A DNA stretch of 64,000 bases, taken from positions 1 through 64,000 of IMG/VR virus record IMGVR_UViG_3300047463_000135. One strand, written 5' to 3'. The translations under genes and the position numbers were made by a program. This DNA comes from a virus. Lineage: Duplodnaviria > Heunggongvirae > Uroviricota > Caudoviricetes > Schitoviridae. The notes beneath the pieces were generated by a model. It did not search any database. It had not been told where the DNA came from and saw only the letters and a list, made by a program, of their open reading frames with translations. This document shows positions 57,401 through 64,000 of the stretch, piece by piece; within the stretch, counting starts at the first letter, position 1, and each line of letters opens with the position of its first letter.

Positions 57401-60400
57401 AACTTAGTGGTTTCACCATTCTTAATAGGAGCTTCAATACCTACATCAGTTACGTGTGCAGACATACCTGCTACAGCACGATGCATCTTATTAGCCTGTA
57501 AGTTGAATGCAGCATCATAGCCAGAACGAGTGTTAGTCCATGAAGTATGAGCAAAGAAAAACTCTTTAGAGTCATCCCCTAAGTTAGCTCGTTGCTCTGC
57601 AATGATATCAATAGCACGTTCTACTGCTTGGTTAGCAGCTAATTGACCTTCCCAAAACTTCTTATGCATACCATCAAATGATGCGCCATCAGCATTAGGA
57701 TTTACATAACCAAACAACTCACGTAAGTCTTCACGCTTAACATTGTCAATGAATTGCATAGCAGGAATAGACATCTTATATCCATTCTTCTGTGCAGCTT
57801 CTAACATGTCTTTAGTGTATGAAGGTAACTGTGAACCCATACGGTTAAACGTATGCGGAGTAGTTGTTACTGGTTCAAGTGAAGGTAATTTAATATCTCG
57901 CTGTACACCAAACATATTTTGAATGATGCCTTTAGTCTCTTTAGCAGAGTTAATTACTTGATCTACTTTCTTACCTTTAGTTGGAACCAAGAAACCAAGT
58001 GTCTTACCATCACGAATACTTTGATTACCTAAGGTAGCTTTATCGTTACCATCTAATGCAGCTTTCTGCATAGCTTCAAACTGTGCAGCCGGGATAGTAG
58101 TACGAGTTAAGTAACCATTCTGTGTAAGGGCTACAGCAGCTAATGTACCTAATGCTTGTTCAAGTTTTTGCTTACGTGCAGGGTCTACATCAGATACTAC
58201 TTTGAGTCCTAATGCTTCTACTGCTTTTTGACCTAATGAACCTGTTACTACAGATTGATGTGCACCTACGCCTGTAAGCGCACTGAATACGTTTGTAGGG
58301 ATGTTATCAACATCATTGACTAACAGTAGTCCTGCAACATCTCGTTCAGTGTTAAGCGTTTTAGAACCATTCTCAGCTATCCAAGAATACATAGCTGCAG
58401 ATACTGCAGTCTTAACATTCTCAGGTAGTGAACCATCTTCTAATAAGAATTGGTTAAAGTCTTGGAATCTATATTCCAATTGTTTATCACCAATCAAACC
58501 ATCAAGCTTAGAATCAAAGTAACTAGCAAATTTAGCAAAGTCATTAACTGCTTGCTTTTGTTTAGGTGTAAGTGTTTCACCTACAATGCTTTCCACTGCA
58601 GCTACATTATTACTACGGCTTAAGAATCGAGATGCAAAGTTTTCATTACGATTAAGTACTGTATCTCGCTTATTGAAACCATCTACAACAAGGTTACGTT
58701 GTTTAGGTTCTTTCTTACGTTCAGCAGTACGTTCAGGATTCTTATCAGCTTTCTCAGCATCATGAATATCTTGAGGCTCAGCTTCTTGCTTTGTCTCAGG
58801 AGTTACAACTTCTTGAGTTGCTTCTTCATTTGTTGCTTTGGTTGCTTGCTCTGTGCTTGTCTGAACTTCCGTAGCTGCGTCTTCGCTTACGCTACGACTT
58901 GCTACACGTTCAGCCTTCGCTACCGGATTAGTTGTTCCAGATTTATTGGTTTGAACTTGGGCGGTAGTGTTACCAGACTCGGTTCCGACGGTAGATTGTG
59001 TTCCTGTAGGAATTGACGCTTCTGTTGGTCTAACTCCATTAGTGCTAGCAGATGTTGTATCTGTGCGTGGGTCTTCAATTCTGCGCTGAGGTTGGAAGTC
59101 ATAGTTAGCTCTATCCTGTGCATTAAGATCATCTAAAGCAGATTGGAAATCATTAGCTGTAGCAACAGTTGGTTGCGCTTGTACTTGTTGTACTTGACTA
59201 TTACCTTGTGTTGAAACATTGCTTGCTCTAGAGATTTGGCTGTTAGGGTTTGCAAGTCCATTAAGTTGCTCCATAGCAGTACGTGTAGCAGTAATAGCCT
59301 TAGCTTCTGCTTGCATGTAATCATTTAACTTTGCAGCTGCTTCTAAACCTTTAGGAGTAGGATGAATAGTAATAGCACCATTCTTTTTAGCTTGACTACG
59401 AGTTAAAGGCTGACCTTCATTAATAGACCATGAACCATCTTGATTACGAATTACTTGTACTCGTTGTCCTTGTTGAGCAAGCTGTAAACCTTGATTTACT
59501 AATTCAGCTTTCTGTACGTGTGACTGTTCAAACGCACCAATCTCACGCATAAGGTTCATTTGTTGTGGTTCATTACCAGTTTTAATAGCACGAGTAAATT
59601 GAGCTAAGTACTGAGGAGTAGAACGGTAGTTAGGGTCATACTGTTTACCTGTTACTTGTTGGTTTACAGCATCAATACTCTTAACAGCATTTTGTGCTAC
59701 TACAGCATCAGCTAATGCACGAAGTACTGGCTTAGAAGTCTCAGGTACTTGAGGATCATTAATAGCTTTCTGAATCTGTTCAGGTGTGAAGTTCTGAGGT
59801 GCACCAAAAATTTGAGTATCCATAGTTGCATCTTGAGAAGTAGCACGTTTCATTAAGCTGTCATATTGAGTATGTACTTCACGCGCTTGTTCTACTTTAG
59901 CTTGAACATTAGCAATATGATCAGTAAGAGCTTGCTCATTACCTACATACTTTTCAGCTTCACTTAGCTGAGCTTTTAAACCATCTACAACATTTTGAAT
60001 TTGTTGAGCACGCTCAGGTTTAGTCTCAGCAACACGTTGGATAGCTGCTTCACCATTAGCAATAGAAGCTTTTAGATTGTCTATGTTATCTACCAAGTTC
60101 TTGGTTTCAACTAGACTAGCAAGATACTGTTCTTGCTCTTGCATAATACTATCTACTTTATTACGAATATCTAATTGCTCTTCTGGAGTCTTAGCATCAT
60201 TTAACTTCTGGGCTTCTCTAACCATAGCAGCAGAAGGGTTATATGAAGCAGAATTTGGATTCGTAAATTCTTCAGTAGGTGTATTAGTTTGCTCAGGAGC
60301 TTCACGACTAATCTTCTCCTTAGCACGTTGTACTTGTTTATCTACAGCACCTTGAAGTGCTTGTAATGCAGACGAAGCGATAGATGCTTTAGCATTAGTT

Positions 60401-61449
60401 CCTGCACCCATACCTGCACCTGCAAGAGTACCTAATACTAAATCTTGGTTTAATCCTTGGATTGCATCTTTACCAGATGACACGTTAGCAATAACGTTCT
60501 CTAAAGATGATTGAGCAGCTTCTTCTGCAGCTTCTGTTGCAGTACCTACTGATAATGATTTAAAGCCCTTATTAGCACCTTGTGCAGTAATACCTGCAGC
60601 TAAGTTGTTAATGTCTTGTGCACCATGCTGACCTGCAACTTTACCACCTACTAAGCCTACAGCACCACCAAGCACACCAATACCTAAAGCACCTAATGCT
60701 TGAGCAGCAGTAGTATAACCTTCTGCATTACGGTCCATATTAGCTTGAGCAGCACCTGCCATAGTGACACCTTCACCGATAGCACCTGCAGCAGTCTTAG
60801 CACCTAATGCAGCAGCACCACGACCAATAGCACCACCTGCAGCAATCTGAGGTAATGATTCAATAATAGTGTTACCTACTAAAGCAGGGTTCTGTAGTGC
60901 ATATGAAGCTGTTTGACCTAAGCTAGATAAATTATCAGCAATAGACTTTTGTGTACTCATACCAGGTAAAGCACCTAGTTCACTAAGCTGTTGTAAGCCA
61001 GGAGCAGACATATGCTCAGTAGCAATTTGCTTAGTATCTGCAAAGTCTAAACCAACATCTTTTAATGCTTTAGTTACACGTCCACCTTGAATATCCCAGT
61101 TAGCTTCTGGTGATAATCCAATAGCTGCTAATGCTTGTTGAGATACTTTCTGACCTGCTTGTAAACCAGTGTCTGCTAAGTCAACTAAACCTACTAATGC
61201 TTCTGGTACAGAGACAATACCTTTACCTAAAGACAATGCAGCATCTTGAGCATACTGACCTAATGATCTATCAGTATCCTGAGGACGAGCTGTATTGATG
61301 ATCTTCTGAGCTTGTAAGGTAGGGTCTTGAACTGTGTAGTTATTAGCAAAGTTAGTATCATTAATACTGGTAGTAGTTACCTTAGGAGCTAATGAAGCAT
61401 TAATACGTTGCAATGCATCAGCTACCTGTAATGATTTATATCCTGCCAT
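51403..61449 (-). CDS. Giant virion-encapsidated RNA polymerase (N4 vRNAP-like, about 3350 aa)
   Basis: T7-like RNAP motif B (RKGAKPIVTTSTYG, matching R-x3-K-x7-YG) near residue 1550; the size, position and orientation match the N4 vRNAP gene. The start is set at MAGYKSL (61449) with RBS AGGA; the ORF-track extension to 61560 overlaps the upstream gene and its terminator. Confidence 0.7.
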   Translation of the reverse strand: MAGYKSLQVADALQRINASLAPKVTTTSINDTNFANNYTVQDPTLQAQKIINTARPQDTDRSLGQYAQDAALSLGKGIVSVPEALVGLVDLADTGLQAGQKVSQQALAAIGLSPEANWDIQGGRVTKALKDVGLDFADTKQIATEHMSAPGLQQLSELGALPGMSTQKSIADNLSSLGQTASYALQNPALVGNTIIESLPQIAAGGAIGRGAAALGAKTAAGAIGEGVTMAGAAQANMDRNAEGYTTAAQALGALGIGVLGGAVGLVGGKVAGQHGAQDINNLAAGITAQGANKGFKSLSVGTATEAAEEAAQSSLENVIANVSSGKDAIQGLNQDLVLGTLAGAGMGAGTNAKASIASSALQALQGAVDKQVQRAKEKISREAPEQTNTPTEEFTNPNSASYNPSAAMVREAQKLNDAKTPEEQLDIRNKVDSIMQEQEQYLASLVETKNLVDNIDNLKASIANGEAAIQRVAETKPERAQQIQNVVDGLKAQLSEAEKYVGNEQALTDHIANVQAKVEQAREVHTQYDSLMKRATSQDATMDTQIFGAPQNFTPEQIQKAINDPQVPETSKPVLRALADAVVAQNAVKSIDAVNQQVTGKQYDPNYRSTPQYLAQFTRAIKTGNEPQQMNLMREIGAFEQSHVQKAELVNQGLQLAQQGQRVQVIRNQDGSWSINEGQPLTRSQAKKNGAITIHPTPKGLEAAAKLNDYMQAEAKAITATRTAMEQLNGLANPNSQISRASNVSTQGNSQVQQVQAQPTVATANDFQSALDDLNAQDRANYDFQPQRRIEDPRTDTTSASTNGVRPTEASIPTGTQSTVGTESGNTTAQVQTNKSGTTNPVAKAERVASRSVSEDAATEVQTSTEQATKATNEEATQEVVTPETKQEAEPQDIHDAEKADKNPERTAERKKEPKQRNLVVDGFNKRDTVLNRNENFASRFLSRSNNVAAVESIVGETLTPKQKQAVNDFAKFASYFDSKLDGLIGDKQLEYRFQDFNQFLLEDGSLPENVKTAVSAAMYSWIAENGSKTLNTERDVAGLLLVNDVDNIPTNVFSALTGVGAHQSVVTGSLGQKAVEALGLKVVSDVDPARKQKLEQALGTLAAVALTQNGYLTRTTIPAAQFEAMQKAALDGNDKATLGNQSIRDGKTLGFLVPTKGKKVDQVINSAKETKGIIQNMFGVQRDIKLPSLEPVTTTPHTFNRMGSQLPSYTKDMLEAAQKNGYKMSIPAMQFIDNVKREDLRELFGYVNPNADGASFDGMHKKFWEGQLAANQAVERAIDIIAEQRANLGDDSKEFFFAHTSWTNTRSGYDAAFNLQANKMHRAVAGMSAHVTDVGIEAPIKNGETTKFGEFLMAVAMTAEKIDIGLSTVDKVSAETYLPKFQEYLAQEHVQQGIESMAAILEGQGTKSDMDNVKALTAEFGMGAMSVRGIQALAQMHIAERDGQRTFKSDIAFESDGVTNGPVITNIVLNTAGADMLEAGGVFTDKAKTNVPTNKEQGSQDIYEQLGGVMKSEWSDYKANAKGGQLDSALGLDVIYDAFGERKGAKPIVTTSTYGAGIASIKRANAREVLNAFYKGLEKAGNKNDMQKVQELINAVNATIQYSNFKQKLSTPLAKASGNPLEFLLTPEQESALFYAADSQHGAAIKSTLEKAMSEFNGVRDTLTKQAVAGFKVYELIRNEAINEALKNTDGVIVDGKGNRQEGLSSDEMKKVLKGIARYTPSVVSGMGNQSTNKKQSSIPLMKQDTVWDGSAMSEQQFNFKGSWQAKGNGKFTVRSAIKRDTVADPGVSGLVLIIQSIDAMITHTTIGKIPSQNNHDANASAVGQGKAMAKIQNEAFVDGVMTTHVNREFVRALMNPLTMVLDNQAFYKANKAAVDEAIGEMSLVQAVRDAYARDLAKLDGMKSWENVNQYGTQGGHFEMNAAKRKQIVDQVDQLKADFKKDLALAQRIEDTISTGGNPTTIEDHLRLNGTMKGSDLVPMLQAELKQFQGKDNQVGMFAHFYDNMLDLITKQLPADLSINYFSEADAPSNVNGLDEAIKQGNPAWFTTGTDGKPQINILRSDKPIRAQILVHELVHAITVDSIAQVRKEPTAHPKAAESLSKLDALYEDIKAKVEADPNATDLMKYATQNVEEFIATGFSYPEFVNYLDTQLAPKSARGKNRIVTALRSFVDSILGVLESFTGRKYSAKDTTALEALILDSTEFLGRAPTQTVGTQTSIFGAPTQARNKVNGYTAKEVFDTLPKHANPAFQAHLNLLMTQVADSIYKGLDQNLVDNNNGAWSIEKAWDEYTIAGKAYTTETATTAGFRLSEQEAFAVESLYAALVHGLKDKSMTQVYAEMNKAYNSAKAKLKPESFFDGDWNTATRQDKQDAQDMYDYFFKLGPSNKEHLARFISMALGSEQVNGLLDFAVRDNNKAPTDTFEKLVEASNKVLDHVTGLMTNSHSSQLINNRVALLSKELARIDTKNREHAIGQVESQLEQISDFTDGISKKLRSKIVEITDNAAIANNRNKYVRLAGNTTRLAAKGDLWTLVDTLKEMNTIDNPNSPLGMMGELINEAANNDSTKNHVEKMLRMTKLNNQMKENIRSATTNNVMSTFEENGKYLTKDHKVAFTKMLRSDVQVLADTYSTAEIAKLYTDGVFLQNETANLIKQLKAKGGDQVMINRAKQLAKYMLTGNASAGMAKNAQLIVSGFNSGEVVDITDPRVDLVDKIATMYAIEYTDKNTRKNLSEVFKRELKNKTNGVDTSIKFHRELAKDAREKLFTDNAVSVAKGYMPEITNPNKEIRIARNEAEAKLLKEQFFREVKTMVKDKSDKTSTTPRLFISDEANLQRIVSGSIEIVSTNRKGTQVNMNTQEFSHVINSIKIPTDPTYNPMLDQDVYMMPNYNTLGEVVGFSYEMSGNNRDSLLERNNDFSELLGAYAATNFNKVTVPQQNNSVVDAAYQDYKDNFANNPRAYITVGPNSKEPGLQETWAMLPEATRKHIIKTFGPDGMIVRNDVLLTMFGYRKYSLNQAFDKMSDARNMFESIYVDVMNTLFGNKAKLRGVQAERVWQEAVGVMKDIVVIRNVKTLVSNLVSNALLLAAHGVSMSDIAKDTMTSVRAGMQYRKDMANLLAIRQKQRAGVGDFNKLEQEALRIEDSINRNPLKDFIEEGMMPTIVEDLDPSNNHYSYKSKMQERVDSLTENVPESIKTAAKWAMVSPDTPLYKFLNNATQFSDFSSKYVMYKYYTTKAKEKLSHDDALQIAQDNFINYDIPTSRGLQYLNDMGIVMFTKYNVRIQKALFQLMKKRPASVMAQSLAIGLLTNAQTAIDPIIFGNIGNPIRSGALGLPSALDEPLPIKLLTGL

Positions 61450-61460
61450 GTTGAGTCCTA

Positions 61461-61490
61461 TATAAAAGAAAAGCACGTAATTATACGTGC
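61461..61490 (-). terminator. Terminator on the minus strand (GCACGTAATTATACGTGC palindrome + TTTTCTTTT)
   Basis: Read directly. Confidence 0.5.
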
Positions 61491-61519
61491 CTATCCTAAC
61501 AGAACCTAAATAGAAATAC

Positions 61520-63334
61520 TTATTTCTTACCGTAAGTTTTAGCGTACAGCTGAGGGTCAAGTAATTTCATAGCTTGTTTACGGTCAGGAGCCGGAGCACC
61601 TGCACCTTGATATGCTTGCTGTAGAGCAGTGAATGCTGTATCAAATGCAGCCTTCTTACCAGACTGAAATTGATTCACTTGGTTTGTCTTATACTCTTTA
61701 GCCATGTTATCAATAATAGTTTTTACACTGTTGTTGGTTTCATAACGTAGAGCACCTGCATTCTTAACACGACTATAAGCAGCATCAAGAATATTGGCTT
61801 GAATAGCAGGAGGTAATGTTTTGTATGCATCACTCTTCTCAGCCATCTTTAACATGTCAGCAGCACCAGTAAACATCGGGTTAGAACTACCACCAGTAAT
61901 GTTCCATTCCTTCTGAGCAGCTAACCATTTAGAAGGAGTATTACCACCTTCTGCAGCAGAGCCTTTAGTAGCAGAAGCATTAACTGATTTATTGTAATCC
62001 AATGCAGCTTTGTTTAATGCAGTGTTGTAATCACCACGAAGCTTAACTAATGCAGCAGGAGCAATACCAGGTTGCTGTCCTGTTACTGCAGCAGTAGCTG
62101 CTTGAGCTGTACCAGTTGGACCTGCACCTACTTGTTTAGCTGCCCAGTTAATTACATCCTGAGCAGTCTTACCACGTACGATATTACCGTTAGCAGCAGC
62201 TACTTTAGAACCAAGAATAGATTCAGCAGATGTTCCTGGTTTAGCTTGGAGTAACTTCTTAGCACCATCAGGGCCTGCAAAGTGAGCTAAGTAAATAGTT
62301 CCATCATTTACTGGTAATCCTGCAGCTTTAAGTGCTTGACCATTCTCCTCAGCATACTTACCTGTGATAGTACGTGAGATAGTTGGATTGTTACGCATTG
62401 CTAAGATTTCAGATTCAGACTTACCCTTGATTAAATCAGGAGCATACTTCTTCATCATGTTCATCCAAGTAGAGCTAATGAACTGCCCTGCACCAGTAGC
62501 ACTAGAATTAGGATTCTTAGCTGTAGGGTTAAAGTTAGATTCAGTACCAATGATCTTATCTACAATACCTCCATTCTGTAAGCTATAGCCTGCAGCAAGA
62601 GCATCTGCTCTAGATGGGTTAGCAGTTGTAATAACATTACCATCAGCATCTAATACTTGAGTTGTATTACCTGCATTAGGAGCAAGATACTGAGCAGCTT
62701 GCATAGCAGCATTCTGTTGCTGCAATCCAAATGATTGTTGCCATTGTGAATCACCTACTAAATCTCGTTGTGCTCTGTATGCTTGATCTTCTGCACGATT
62801 CTTAGCTGCTAATGCTAGAGCATTATCATAACGAGTATCCGCTTGAAGATTAGTACCTAGACGGGAGATAGCATCAGAAGCATTAATACCTAAACCAGAT
62901 AATGCTTGTACATCTTCTGGGTTCATACCACGACGGATTGCTTCTTGTGCTGCTGCTGCGTTGAGTGTTGGAATTGCTGCTTGTGCAGCTTGTGCTTGTT
63001 GCAAGTTAATGTTTTGTAGATCACGTTGTCCTAATACTGTACTTCGATTATCTACTGCATTACGTACAGCAGCTTGATCATAACCACGACCATACTGTTG
63101 TTGTAATGCTTGTACTGCTTGCATAGCTGCAGGTAACTGTTGAGAGTTCTGAGCTTGGTATAAAGCATTCAGAATATCATCAGTATTACGTTGTTTATAT
63201 GCATCAGCTAGTCCAGTCACAGCATTACCCATAGCAGCAAGACCAGCATTAATTTGCTGGTTACCTACTGCCATATTAGCAATCTGGTTTGACTGATCTA
63301 GAGGTTGCATAAACCGCCAATCAATTTGTGCCAT
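61520..63334 (-). CDS. Virion protein with a lytic transglycosylase (SLT-like) domain
   Basis: SLT catalytic-type motif TESNFNPTAKNPNSSATGAGQF (matching ES...P.A.S.ATGA.Q); Gln/Ala-rich N-terminal region; lies upstream of the vRNAP gene as in N4-like virion gene clusters. Confidence 0.55.
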   Translation of the reverse strand: MAQIDWRFMQPLDQSNQIANMAVGNQQINAGLAAMGNAVTGLADAYKQRNTDDILNALYQAQNSQQLPAAMQAVQALQQQYGRGYDQAAVRNAVDNRSTVLGQRDLQNINLQQAQAAQAAIPTLNAAAAQEAIRRGMNPEDVQALSGLGINASDAISRLGTNLQADTRYDNALALAAKNRAEDQAYRAQRDLVGDSQWQQSFGLQQQNAAMQAAQYLAPNAGNTTQVLDADGNVITTANPSRADALAAGYSLQNGGIVDKIIGTESNFNPTAKNPNSSATGAGQFISSTWMNMMKKYAPDLIKGKSESEILAMRNNPTISRTITGKYAEENGQALKAAGLPVNDGTIYLAHFAGPDGAKKLLQAKPGTSAESILGSKVAAANGNIVRGKTAQDVINWAAKQVGAGPTGTAQAATAAVTGQQPGIAPAALVKLRGDYNTALNKAALDYNKSVNASATKGSAAEGGNTPSKWLAAQKEWNITGGSSNPMFTGAADMLKMAEKSDAYKTLPPAIQANILDAAYSRVKNAGALRYETNNSVKTIIDNMAKEYKTNQVNQFQSGKKAAFDTAFTALQQAYQGAGAPAPDRKQAMKLLDPQLYAKTYGKK

Positions 63335-63864
63335 TACTTAGCTCCATATTTTTTCATGTAAGAATCTACTGATTCATACGCTGTAGGGTTAGATGCTACA
63401 CGTGCACGCTGTCTATCTTCTAACTTAGAGTTGTAGTTAGATTTAGATAAATCCATTTGCTCACGGAACTGTGAAGCTTGTTGGCTCATGCTGGACTTAA
63501 GCAGCTTGTTCTGTTGGAAACCATTCCATGCGCTCATACCTCCAGTTAGTAGTCCAACACCTGCTTTAACCAGTTCTGTGTTTCCTGATAACCAGTTAGA
63601 TAAACTACCTGTGTTTGGTTGACCAAAGTCTAAGGAATCACCAAAAGAATAATTACCATAGCCTCCAGTATCGTTTAGACCTAAAGATTGATAACCATAA
63701 GTATTACCAATAGCTGAACCCATATCTGCTTGCCATGGAGCAATAGATGCAGCAAATGGTTGTGTAGTAGGTAATGGCTGAACTGTATTGGTTTGGTTCA
63801 TCCAGTTGTTGTTTTCTCCTAGCTGTAAGCCGGGAGTGTTATAGCCGAAGAATGGGAAGTTCAT
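63334..63864 (-). CDS. Gly/Asn/Gln-rich hypothetical virion protein
   Basis: 176-aa ORF coupled to the downstream gene. Confidence 0.4.
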   Translation of the reverse strand: MNFPFFGYNTPGLQLGENNNWMNQTNTVQPLPTTQPFAASIAPWQADMGSAIGNTYGYQSLGLNDTGGYGNYSFGDSLDFGQPNTGSLSNWLSGNTELVKAGVGLLTGGMSAWNGFQQNKLLKSSMSQQASQFREQMDLSKSNYNSKLEDRQRARVASNPTAYESVDSYMKKYGAK

Positions 63865-64000
63865 CCTGAGTCTCCTGTAAGGAATTTAATATACCAACTG
63901 TAGAAGGAAGCTGTAAGCTCATATCTACATTCATTTCAGTTAGGGAGTATACAGTACTCGCTACGTTAGTTGTATGTACCGATCTCTCGAAGTAATCATC

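Noticed and set aside
52890-60355. Numerous 60-105-aa plus-strand and minus-strand ORFs inside the giant polymerase gene (for example 53144..53383, 58699..59016)
   Set aside because: They are antisense or out of frame within a continuous 10-kb ORF carrying an RNAP motif. Their low-complexity Ser/Leu-rich translations are typical of antisense artefacts.
61450-61560. Upstream extension of the giant polymerase ORF to 61560
   Set aside because: The extension overlaps the 3' end and terminator hairpin of the upstream gene. An ATG at 61449 has a good RBS (AGGA) and yields an MAGYKSL N-terminus.
1-64000. CRISPR arrays or other long direct-repeat arrays
   Set aside because: No regularly spaced direct repeats were seen anywhere in the window.

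Overview
This window is about 64 kb of an AT-rich phage genome with the gene content and layout of an N4-like (Schitoviridae-type) podovirus. All calls rest on motif recognition by eye; no database search was possible. The central evidence is a 10 kb minus-strand ORF (51403..61449) carrying a T7-like RNA polymerase motif B, consistent with an N4-type virion RNA polymerase. A second T7-like RNA polymerase is split across two ORFs (3706..4668 and 4944..6179). The window reads as four blocks. Positions 1-29874 on the plus strand hold early and replication genes. These include an array of roughly 11-13 small paralogous proteins, a cluster of 7 tRNAs, an HTH regulator, a MoxR-type AAA ATPase with a vWA partner, a Dda/RecD-like helicase, a family A DNA polymerase, a P-loop kinase and a Nudix hydrolase. 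Positions 29906-39473 on the minus strand hold lysis genes (an N4 gp61-like muramidase and overlapping Rz/Rz1 spanins), virion proteins and a 2137-aa tail fibre. Positions 39567-51363 on the plus strand hold nucleotide metabolism and recombination genes: ThyX, NrdA/NrdB, a Cas4-like nuclease, a PriCT primase, a RecA-like ATPase, an HNH endonuclease and a RuvC-like resolvase. Positions 51403-63864 on the minus strand hold the virion RNA polymerase and two upstream virion proteins, one with a lytic transglycosylase motif. The most unusual observations are a tandem family of small early proteins sharing the C-terminal motif [LM]-[IM]-P-T-x-E-A-R-x-x-Y-L, a tRNA-Pro(UGG) gene split by about 400 nt encoding an HNH endonuclease at the variable-loop position, and two GC-elevated, ORF-free, highly structured regions (11373-11809 and 16073-16803), the second of which sits beside the tRNA cluster and ends in a strong terminator.
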